A stretch of 64,000 nt of DNA from Candidatus Colwellbacteria bacterium (GTDB taxonomy: Bacteria > Patescibacteriota > Minisyncoccia > UBA6257 > Colwellbacteraceae): the NCBI GenBank assembly GCA_016176525.1, contig JACOWZ010000003.1, forward strand, positions 537,925 to 601,924, in the 5' to 3' direction. The position numbers were made by a program, and so were the translations under genes. Under the pieces are notes generated by a model that worked only from the letters and a program-made list of their open reading frames with translations, was not told the origin of the DNA and made no database searches. Positions 56,260 to 64,000 of the stretch are shown here, piece after piece. Numbering within the stretch: the first letter of the stretch is position 1; the number at the start of each line of letters is the position of its first letter.

Positions 56260-59200
56260 TTATAATTTTTCGTTTATGTTAATCGCGCCTTCTTTTATGT
56301 GCTCTCCAACTTCATCATCTGTTATTGCTCTATCCGCTACCAACCTGTAGCTTACCTCTCCTTCGCCGCTGCCGTGGATTGTAAGGGTATTTGCGATTGT
56401 GTCTTTGGTGTACCAAACGCGGCCATCAAACCCCGGGGTTAAAAACACCTGCAGACCCTCCATATCCGCACCAAAGTTTGTTATTTGGTAGAAAACCCAA
56501 AGATTACTGCCTCGCTTAAGGTTATCAAAATCAATAATATATTCATTCCCGGCTAGGTGCGCAGTGTCTACCACTTCTTCTTTTGTGGAACCCGCCATAA
56601 ATGGCGCATAGGTTGCGTAGTCTTCGCCGCCAATGTTGTACACCGGGTCGATCGTGGCAACTGTAATTTTGTTTACGCCAAGAATGTTGTTGTTATTCAT
56701 GTTTAAGTTGCCGTCAAAACGCCCTTCGCCTGCAACATGAAGTTTTACGGCAGGACTCGCCGTTCCGATGCCAACATTCCCGCTGCCTGGCATTAGCCGA
56801 ATATGATCACCCACTCCCCCGGCAGAATATAAAGAAAGATGGTTACCATTTTCCGCTTTTATACAAAATTCGTCTGTAACGTTTGTACAACTAGTCCATG
56901 CCCCGTCATACAACATAATACCCTGGCGTGTTGCTCCAGAATAAAACCCTAGCCACTCGTAAGTGGTGTCGTCTGCTCGCGCGCTATGGAATCCGATTTT
57001 ATCGTTTGTGCTGTTGATATCGGTGCCGATAGTCAGATTACCGGAGAATGTTCCCGATCCTCCATTCACTATATTTCTTGATGAATCTATAAATTGTGTG
57101 GTGCCGACTTTAAGGTCTCTCACCCTAAGGGTCTCGTATCCGGTTCCTGGGTTGTCTATAACCGCGAGATCCCCGCTGTTGTCGCCATCCACATAACCGA
57201 ACTGGGACGCAACCGCGCCGGAGTAGTGGAAAGATATTCTTGGGGCGTCGCCCGCGCCGGCGTTCCAATCCTGTATAACCTCTAGGGGCGCTTGGTTGTA
57301 AGCTAGTCCTGCGGAGCCCTGCAACAGACGCATCCTTCCGCTAACATCTAATTTGGACCCTGGACTCGTAGTCCCTATGCCGACGTTACCACTGGTGTTG
57401 GCAAAAAGTACGTTAGTGCGGTAGGCAAAGTTGCCTCCGCTTGCAACACTCAAGGTAGCTCCACCCGATCCCACCTCTAATGTGCCGTCAGTGCGCATTA
57501 TTCCAGCATTGTGGTAGATATTCTTAGAGCCATAACTTCGAATCCATGTAGTGTCTGACATATACCATCCACCACCATATGTTTCAAACAATAGCGGGTT
57601 ACTGCCTATAAGGCGTAGATTACCGCTTCCACGAATGTCTCCTATAACATCAAGGGGGTAACTTGGGCTCACCGTGCCTACACCTACACGCTGATTAGTT
57701 GCGTCAACGTATAAAACCGGTGAAGTACTCGCCGCCGCGTCAAAACGATAGCTGCCTTTTGTAGTGGTAGAACCAAACGTGCCCGGCGTAATTTGCCCAG
57801 CCGCAATTGCACTTGTGGTTTCTACATTGCCCGTAATGGTGCCGGATACATCCAAATCGCCGGTGATGTTTGTGTTACCGTTTACGTTTAGTTTGTATAC
57901 ACCGGGCGTTGTGGTGGCAATACCGACACTGCCGAATGTCGGAACAAGAAGAACGTTATTAGCTACACTAATCATATCTACATTAGCACCAGTAGCGCTA
58001 GCCGAAGTTCTAAGAACTATAGCATCATTTGTGTTATCTCTTACTTGTATGACTAATCTAGAGTCCTCTGTATTCAGATTATGCTCTCCATAGATTAATC
58101 CGTCGTCTGTAGACCCAATACCCGCTGTGCCGCTGTTTGTTCCCGCGTTGAATTGAATGGCATTTATTGGAATATTAACGTTTCCAATAACCTCAAGTTT
58201 TGTTGTTGGCGAGGCCGTCCCTATTCCAACGTTGCCAGATCTTTGAATCAGAAATCTAGGTGTCGTTAAATTATTATCATCAAATACTTGAAAGGCATTT
58301 GTACTATCATTGACTATAATATTCACAGTTGCATTTCCAGCTGCTCCGTTACCAACTTTAAGTTTGGGTTGAGCATCATCACTTATTCCTCTATCTGCAA
58401 CTTCTAAATTAGCACCTGGGCTAGCCGTACCTATGCCGATATTGCCGCTTCCATCTATTCTCATTCTTTCCGATGGAGCGTCGTTTGTTGAACCTGCGTT
58501 GAATATAATATCTCCCCCTGATTGATTAGCGTTGATATTCAATTCTCCACTCTGAACACCGAAACCGTAAACGGTGGTACCAGATTCATAAAGTCGAATA
58601 TGTGCAGTGGGATTTGTACCCCCAGTATCATAGAACGTTCCAAAGGACAATTTAGATCCCGGCGCCGTCGTCCCAATACCAACGTTGCCGTTCACGGAAA
58701 GCTTGGCCGTGTGGGACGTTACTCCTGCGTCATAACCAATTCCCACCTCGTTTTCGCCTTTCGCCTTAAAAGACACTATCTGGTTGCCGTCGCCATTGCC
58801 TACCCCGAAATTCTCGCCGCCAGTACTCGACTCGCCGACTAAGTAAAGTGTGTCATAGTCAGCAGTCGGCCCGGTGACGGTCCACCGGTAATCGATGGGG
58901 TTGGTTGTTCCGGTGGGCTCAATCCTTGACATACCCTTGACCGTCAACGGGTTACCCGGAGATGTCGTCCCGATGCCGACGTTGCCGCCTGCGGCTATTG
59001 TCAGCCTGTCCAATGAGTTTGTCCTAAATCTAAAATCCCTTGAACCAGAATTGTGCCCTATTGAAAGACCTGTATTGTCCATTACGAAGTCTGTTGTGTA
59101 TCCTGATGTTGACGTTGAACCATTGAATCTGAAAGCTGTATTTACACCATCTTGTATATGCAATTTCGTTCCAGGGCTCGTCGTCCCTATACCTACCCGC

Positions 59201-60639
59201 TCATTAGCTCCGTCAATAATAGCCCAGCCAGTTGTGAGCCCAGTCTTTCTAAATGTATAGTTTACAGAAGAGCTAGGATATGCAGAGCCAAAAGTGCCTC
59301 CACTAACTTGCGCTGCGACAAGTTCACTTGTGGTTTCTACATTGCCAGTAATTGTGCCAGATACGTCTAAATTACCAGTTATGTTTGTGTTGCCTGCGAC
59401 GTTCAGCTTATAAGTTCCCGGAGTAGTAATACCGATACCAACATTACCTGTTGAATCTATAGTAACTCTGTCAACTCCATTATCCTGGATATGCAAAGCA
59501 CTTATATCTGCATCAACCGATCCGATATATACATCATTAACACCATTTATCCCAAGGATTCTTGTTGATGCTCCTGCGGAATTCTTGGCTCTGTAATACT
59601 GTGCGTTTGCGTTCAGAGTTATGTCGCCGTTAACATCGAGCTTTGAACCCGGCGTGACTGTACCTATGCCGACGTTGCCGGAGTTGAGAATTGTCATGGC
59701 CGTTGTCGCATTGGTTCCCAAATAGATGTGATGGTTCTCGCGTTGCCACAGGTAGACATCCTGGTTTGAATCCACTTGGACATCAAATCCGTCACCGGAC
59801 GCAGACCCCGTGTTAGCGTTGCTTATCTTGATCTGAGAATCGGTTCCTGCACCATTCACATGCAATTGTCTTTGAGGACTTGTCGTCCCGATGCCGACGT
59901 TGCCGCTAACAACCAAACTATTTGCTGGCGCAGCAGTGCTTGCGGAATACCCTATTGCCGCGTTGCCATTGACTTGAAGTTTTGAACCTGCTGTTGCCGT
60001 GCCAATGCCAACCCCTCCGGTTCCGGATGGTTCAAGGATGATATCTCCTCCCCCCGGCTGTTCATTTTTAATATGGAAATCAAAAGTGTTAGCATTCGGA
60101 AAACCCAATTTTGCAAGGCTAGTCCAGCCCCCAACGGTTGGTGAAAAACCATACTCTATGTATGGTATGGCGGTGGCTGCGTCGGTTGCGGCACTTCGCA
60201 AGCGGAGGTGCGGGTTTATACCTTTAATCTCTAGTTTGGCTGCCGGTTCGCGAACGTTATCAACGAAATCATCGCCAATACCGACATTTGTGTTGTTATG
60301 AAAAAGGTTTGTCGTTGACACCCAAGCGGGCGCGCCCAGTGCATTCGTGCCTCCATAAATAGTTGCGCCTTGTATTACCGATGGTAACAGACCTTCAATC
60401 TCTCTCCATTCTGCTAAACCATCAGTGTTTGTGGCAGTAAGAACTGTGCCATCCGTCGGGTTGCCGCCGCTTATCTGAATACGCCTGCCGCCGGTAATTC
60501 CCACCGTAGTGTCTGAAACCGTTATAGCCGAACCTCCACCGCCAGGCGGTTGTTGAGTTGGTTGTGCAAAAACAACAGTAGCGCCAATTATGCTCACAAA
60601 GAGAAGCACAAGCGCCCGATTTAACACTCTTATAACCAT
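56260..60639 (-). CDS. Large secreted fibre-like protein with GNVGIGT repeats
   Basis: Signal peptide; more than 15 NVGIGTTxP...KL.V.G units separated by variable modules. Confidence 0.8.
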   Translation of the reverse strand: MVIRVLNRALVLLFVSIIGATVVFAQPTQQPPGGGGSAITVSDTTVGITGGRRIQISGGNPTDGTVLTATNTDGLAEWREIEGLLPSVIQGATIYGGTNALGAPAWVSTTNLFHNNTNVGIGDDFVDNVREPAAKLEIKGINPHLRLRSAATDAATAIPYIEYGFSPTVGGWTSLAKLGFPNANTFDFHIKNEQPGGGDIILEPSGTGGVGIGTATAGSKLQVNGNAAIGYSASTAAPANSLVVSGNVGIGTTSPQRQLHVNGAGTDSQIKISNANTGSASGDGFDVQVDSNQDVYLWQRENHHIYLGTNATTAMTILNSGNVGIGTVTPGSKLDVNGDITLNANAQYYRAKNSAGASTRILGINGVNDVYIGSVDADISALHIQDNGVDRVTIDSTGNVGIGITTPGTYKLNVAGNTNITGNLDVSGTITGNVETTSELVAAQVSGGTFGSAYPSSSVNYTFRKTGLTTGWAIIDGANERVGIGTTSPGTKLHIQDGVNTAFRFNGSTSTSGYTTDFVMDNTGLSIGHNSGSRDFRFRTNSLDRLTIAAGGNVGIGTTSPGNPLTVKGMSRIEPTGTTNPIDYRWTVTGPTADYDTLYLVGESSTGGENFGVGNGDGNQIVSFKAKGENEVGIGYDAGVTSHTAKLSVNGNVGIGTTAPGSKLSFGTFYDTGGTNPTAHIRLYESGTTVYGFGVQSGELNINANQSGGDIIFNAGSTNDAPSERMRIDGSGNIGIGTASPGANLEVADRGISDDAQPKLKVGNGAAGNATVNIIVNDSTNAFQVFDDNNLTTPRFLIQRSGNVGIGTASPTTKLEVIGNVNIPINAIQFNAGTNSGTAGIGSTDDGLIYGEHNLNTEDSRLVIQVRDNTNDAIVLRTSASATGANVDMISVANNVLLVPTFGSVGIATTTPGVYKLNVNGNTNITGDLDVSGTITGNVETTSAIAAGQITPGTFGSTTTKGSYRFDAAASTSPVLYVDATNQRVGVGTVSPSYPLDVIGDIRGSGNLRLIGSNPLLFETYGGGWYMSDTTWIRSYGSKNIYHNAGIMRTDGTLEVGSGGATLSVASGGNFAYRTNVLFANTSGNVGIGTTSPGSKLDVSGRMRLLQGSAGLAYNQAPLEVIQDWNAGAGDAPRISFHYSGAVASQFGYVDGDNSGDLAVIDNPGTGYETLRVRDLKVGTTQFIDSSRNIVNGGSGTFSGNLTIGTDINSTNDKIGFHSARADDTTYEWLGFYSGATRQGIMLYDGAWTSCTNVTDEFCIKAENGNHLSLYSAGGVGDHIRLMPGSGNVGIGTASPAVKLHVAGEGRFDGNLNMNNNNILGVNKITVATIDPVYNIGGEDYATYAPFMAGSTKEEVVDTAHLAGNEYIIDFDNLKRGSNLWVFYQITNFGADMEGLQVFLTPGFDGRVWYTKDTIANTLTIHGSGEGEVSYRLVADRAITDDEVGEHIKEGAININEKL

Positions 60640-60657
60640 TCTCGTAATTATAACATC

Positions 60658-61539
60658 TTATATAGCGGCGCAGGTGTTGAAATCTTTAACACTTTGGTTA
60701 TATGTTGCAATGTCTTCTTTAACCTCTTCAAGTAGGGCATTATATTGCTCGGCAAGCGCGTTGTATTCATCTATCTTTTGGTTATACTCCGGCCCGCTCT
60801 TGGGCCTGGTTTGTTCCAAATCAACTTTCCGCTCTTCTAGCTCCGCCGCCCAAATTTCTAGTTGCGCCTCATTTGATTCAATCTCCGCGGCCAAATACTC
60901 TGCTACAGGCGGGCAATAAGAGAGAGGCAAGCCAAATTCTTGCGCGGCAAGCCAAACACTTTGGCCATTAAACTCACCTTTTTCTGCATACACGCCAATT
61001 TCCGTAAACCTCTGGTTAAGAATATTTGCTCTGTGGCCTGGGCTATTCATCCAACCATCTACAACCATTTCGTCCCCCGCCCAGTTGCCCAGCGCCAAGT
61101 TTTCGCCTATCAAAATAAATTGATAGTTTGCGCCCGCTGCCAGATCCGCAGGACCCGTGCCATTGGGCGAAACGTGTTCAAAATATTCAAGCGCGAACAT
61201 ATCTTTAACCTTAGCGATGGCGGCATTTTTAAGTTTTAAGTTTTCAGAGAGGGGCGGTAAACCCTGTTCCGCACGATGTTTGTTTGTCCAACTTATTATG
61301 CCCGCGCTTGTAAGCTCTTTGCCGGGCAGAGATGTGCGTGATTTTAAGGGGCCGGGTGTGAGCACACGGTCTGCGCTGGGCAAAACCTCAACGCGAGAAA
61401 CAATGTCACTCAAAATTTCGTCTACTGCAGGCAGCCTTGACCATAAGCTCGCGATATCAGAACGGAACACCGTTAACACACCTACTGTAACTACCAATGC
61501 AAGAAATACTAAAATTATTTTTATTATGTGATTAAACAT
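60658..61539 (-). CDS. CAP (SCP-like) domain protein with coiled-coil tail
   Basis: TNKHR, YFEH, GENLA, WMNSPGHRANIL. Confidence 0.9.
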   Translation of the reverse strand: MFNHIIKIILVFLALVVTVGVLTVFRSDIASLWSRLPAVDEILSDIVSRVEVLPSADRVLTPGPLKSRTSLPGKELTSAGIISWTNKHRAEQGLPPLSENLKLKNAAIAKVKDMFALEYFEHVSPNGTGPADLAAGANYQFILIGENLALGNWAGDEMVVDGWMNSPGHRANILNQRFTEIGVYAEKGEFNGQSVWLAAQEFGLPLSYCPPVAEYLAAEIESNEAQLEIWAAELEERKVDLEQTRPKSGPEYNQKIDEYNALAEQYNALLEEVKEDIATYNQSVKDFNTCAAI

Positions 61540-61549
61540 GGCTTATCCA

Positions 61550-61575
61550 CGGTGTTATGATTAATCATAACACCG
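61550..61575. repeat. GVMINHNT palindrome family, intergenic copy
   Basis: Perfect CGGTGTTATGATTAATCATAACACCG. Confidence 0.92.
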
Positions 61576-61581
61576 CATTCT

Positions 61582-62169
61582 CTATTTATATTTGGGGTGT
61601 TTTTCTCTTTTATGTGACTTTTTGGCTTCCATGCGCCCGAGGGCAAAAAATAGACTGGAAAGGCGGTTTAAATATGCCATTATCGCTGAGTCTGGCAACA
61701 AGGTGTTATGATTAATCATAACGCCTTGTTTTTTACTTTTATAATTCTTATAAAAAACAAGTGCACTGCGTTCCGCGCGGCGCGAAACTGCCCTTACATA
61801 ATCCAAAAGTGCAGACGTTTCGTTTACGCCGGATATGATAAATCCGCGTTCGGGTTTTAACTTGCGCTCACATTCGTCAATAATACGCTCAATTTCCGTT
61901 ATTTTAGTTTTTGGGAACGCCGGCGACTTGTATTTGCCGCCTAGCATAATATTTGCAACATTTGCTTGGATTATAAACAAATTTTCTTGCACGGTGTGTA
62001 AAATCTTTTTTGTCACCGCAGACAGCTTGCGCGCTTTTGCAACGCCTATAAGCGAGTTTAGCTCGTCTAGGTCGCCGAGCGCCGCAATTTCCACACAAGT
62101 TTTGTCTATCTTCTTCTTACCAATAACGCTTTTTCCACTATCACCCTTGCCGGTATAAAAAAGTCCCAT
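61582..62169 (-). CDS. PduO-type cob(I)alamin adenosyltransferase
   Basis: YTGKGDSG, GDLDELNS, RAVSRRAER, YLNRLS. Confidence 0.9.
   Translation of the reverse strand: MGLFYTGKGDSGKSVIGKKKIDKTCVEIAALGDLDELNSLIGVAKARKLSAVTKKILHTVQENLFIIQANVANIMLGGKYKSPAFPKTKITEIERIIDECERKLKPERGFIISGVNETSALLDYVRAVSRRAERSALVFYKNYKSKKQGVMINHNTLLPDSAIMAYLNRLSSLFFALGRMEAKKSHKREKHPKYK
61697..61730. repeat. GVMINHNT palindrome family, in-frame copy within the PduO-like gene
   Basis: AACAAGGTGTTATGATTAATCATAACGCCTTGTT; encodes KQGVMINHNTLL. Confidence 0.92.
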
Positions 62170-62174
62170 AGTAA

Positions 62175-62241
62175 TAGTTTATAGTTTTTAGTTGGTAGTT
62201 AGTAGTGAACACAAAATCTACACACTACCTACTATACACTA
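62175..62241. repeat. Intergenic inverted pair of 7-nt arrays
   Basis: tagttta tagtttt tagttgg tagttag tagtgaa ... ctacaca ctaccta ctataca cta. Confidence 0.75.
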
Positions 62242-62952
62242 ATCACTAATTGCAACGTATGTTGCAATTATTGCTGCTGTTTCGGCGCGCAAAGTTAGTT
62301 TGCCTAAACTCACAATCTTAAACCCTGCTTCTTTCGCGGCTGTGAGCTCCGATTCGTCCCAACCGCCTTCTGGGCCAACCCAGAGATTAAGTTTTAAGTT
62401 TTTAGTTTTTAGTTTTAAGTCATTTATGGGCTCGCCAGATATATCAAAAAGGGTGTTATGATTAATCATAACACCACCTGCGTTTTTTACAGCCTCATTA
62501 AAAGAGATCACTTCGTGAATCTTAGGGACAACCGCGCGGCCAGACTGCTCGGCCGCCTCTTTAGCAATGATTCGCAAGCGCTCCAGATTAAGGTTTAGTT
62601 TAACCGTGCGCTTTGCAACAATCGGAACAATTTCTTTTATGCCGACTTCTGTTGTTTTTTGCACAACTAACTCGAAATTATCTCTTTTTAAAACCGAGCA
62701 ATAAAGAGTGATATCCGCCTCCGACTCTGATTTATTTTGGGAAATTTCGAGAACTTTAAACATAATAAAACCGTTGCCAAAATCCTGAATTTCAGCTACG
62801 GCCTCGCAAGATGCGCCGTCTCCCAAAACCAGCTTATCACCTATGCGAAGGCGCAATACGTTTCGAATCTGTTTTACAACATCCTCGTCGGATACTCTTA
62901 ATAATTTTCCAGACTCGAGAGTTTCGTTAATAATAAATCTATGGAGTTTCAT
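62239..62952 (-). CDS. rsmE: 16S rRNA m3U1498 methyltransferase
   Basis: VLRL, QKTTEVG, EAAEQSGR, VGPEGG, LGKLTLRAETA. Confidence 0.95.
   Translation of the reverse strand: MKLHRFIINETLESGKLLRVSDEDVVKQIRNVLRLRIGDKLVLGDGASCEAVAEIQDFGNGFIMFKVLEISQNKSESEADITLYCSVLKRDNFELVVQKTTEVGIKEIVPIVAKRTVKLNLNLERLRIIAKEAAEQSGRAVVPKIHEVISFNEAVKNAGGVMINHNTLFDISGEPINDLKLKTKNLKLNLWVGPEGGWDESELTAAKEAGFKIVSLGKLTLRAETAAIIATYVAISD
62388..62422. repeat. 7-nt tandem array in frame within rsmE
   Basis: taagttt taagttt ttagttt ttagttt taagtca; encodes LKLKTKNLKL. Confidence 0.85.
62452..62475. repeat. GVMINHNT palindrome family, in-frame copy within rsmE
   Basis: Perfect GGTGTTATGATTAATCATAACACC; encodes GVMINHNT. 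Confidence 0.92.
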
Positions 62953-63704
62953 TGTGACAATTTAATGGCCTTAATCATCATAAATATTGGGAACTCCTTG
63001 CGGGCTCTGTCCTCTGCTTTGGAACGCGGGCCTGGCTCGCTTACTTTGTGCGAAATCCATTCTTCAAGCTCGGCGACCATAAAACCGGCATTCCTAATCG
63101 CCTTAAAATAAACCTGAAGCGAGCGGTGGAATGAAATCGTTGTTTCCTTCGGGCGCTCTCCCGGATGCATTTGCATTTTCACCTTACTATCCGTCATATA
63201 CTCATCAATGCGGCGATACTGAATATTATTCTCATTATCCCACCCCCACGAGCTCTTCTTTGGGATTCTGAATGCAGGATGGTTCATCACTATAAAAATG
63301 GACCCCTCCGGCCCCAAAACCCTCGCACACTCTTTCAACATACCGGCAATGTTCTCAATGTTTTGAATCGCAAGGATAATGGCAACCTTGTCTATACTTT
63401 GGTTTTTTAAGAATTTAAGATTGTCTGCCGGCGCAACATGGAATTCTATATCTTTAGATGATTTTTCCCTTGCTAGGCTAATAAGCTCGCTTGAAATATC
63501 CGCCCCAACAACCGTTGCCCCGGCCTTATTAAACTCCTGTGCAAAAAAACCTTGGCCGCAGGCCAAGTCTAGCACAACGTCGCGCTGCGCAATGCCCATA
63601 GCCCTCATCAAATTCGGCAGAATCACGGCCTTTTGATAAGTATCCTCACCGCCTAAAAGATCATCATACCAAGACGCAAATTTTCCCCAAGAAGTCTGTT
63701 TCAT
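62949..63704 (-). CDS. Class I SAM-dependent methyltransferase
   Basis: VLDLACGQG, GADIS, RVL.P.G. Confidence 0.88.
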   Translation of the reverse strand: MKQTSWGKFASWYDDLLGGEDTYQKAVILPNLMRAMGIAQRDVVLDLACGQGFFAQEFNKAGATVVGADISSELISLAREKSSKDIEFHVAPADNLKFLKNQSIDKVAIILAIQNIENIAGMLKECARVLGPEGSIFIVMNHPAFRIPKKSSWGWDNENNIQYRRIDEYMTDSKVKMQMHPGERPKETTISFHRSLQVYFKAIRNAGFMVAELEEWISHKVSEPGPRSKAEDRARKEFPIFMMIKAIKLSQ

Positions 63705-63706
63705 TA

Positions 63707-64000
63707 TTAATTCTTGCGAATTATATGGTTTTTTACATACTCCATATCGCCGTTAACTTTCTTGCGGGGATTAAAAATATTCTGCGGGTCAAAAATCTCC
63801 TTGACTCTTTTGAAAAGTTTATAAACCTCTTCTCCATACATCTTAGGCAAGTATGATGTGCGTATTAGCCCATCGTTATGCTCCCCGGTTATTGATCCCT
63901 TGTATTGAATAATCAGCTCTGTAACTTCGTCTAAAAGCCTAAAAATAATCTCCTTTGATTTTATATCATCCATATTCATAAGCGGAATTATATGGAAATT
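63707..64000 (-). CDS. FAD-linked oxidase C-terminal fragment (5' end outside window)
   Basis: NFHIIP, GSITGEHNDG, VKEIFDPQNIFNP. Confidence 0.85.
   Translation of the reverse strand, partial: NFHIIPLMNMDDIKSKEIIFRLLDEVTELIIQYKGSITGEHNDGLIRTSYLPKMYGEEVYKLFKRVKEIFDPQNIFNPRKKVNGDMEYVKNHIIRKN

Noticed and set aside
56260..60639. Phage tail fibre indicating a prophage
   Set aside because: It has a signal peptide, sits among cell-surface genes and has no neighbouring phage structural genes.

Overview
A 64 kb chromosomal window that looks like Patescibacteria (CPR, probably Parcubacteria); this is inferred from the gene complement and the mostly SD-less starts. Housekeeping genes lie mainly on the minus strand (aspS, mnmA, trhO, glmS, efp, secDF, dnaKJ-grpE, recR, dnaB, cysS, rplU, zwf, ftsI-rsmH-mraZ, rplJL, rsmE), with tRNA-Lys and tRNA-Glu on the plus strand. 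Accessory regions are: (i) a defence island at about 4.9-13.3 kb with a type III R-M system split by a ClpP-like cassette; (ii) a 2.2 kb islet bounded by a 69-bp direct repeat; (iii) a CarS-like / CDP-alcohol phosphotransferase cluster; (iv) a surface-fibre operon at 51-61 kb. The best candidate for a new system is 16.4-20.5 kb: an unannotated 35-aa peptide ending ...GSPWS, a polytopic histidine kinase, a ComQ-like prenyltransferase fused to a class II (DxDD) terpene cyclase, and a response regulator. This resembles a ComQXPA-like signalling locus that could make a cyclised-terpene peptide. Two repeat families also occur in frame inside housekeeping genes: a 24-bp palindrome read as GVMINHNT, and 7-nt tandem arrays. 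All functional calls come from motif recognition by eye; no database searches were run.
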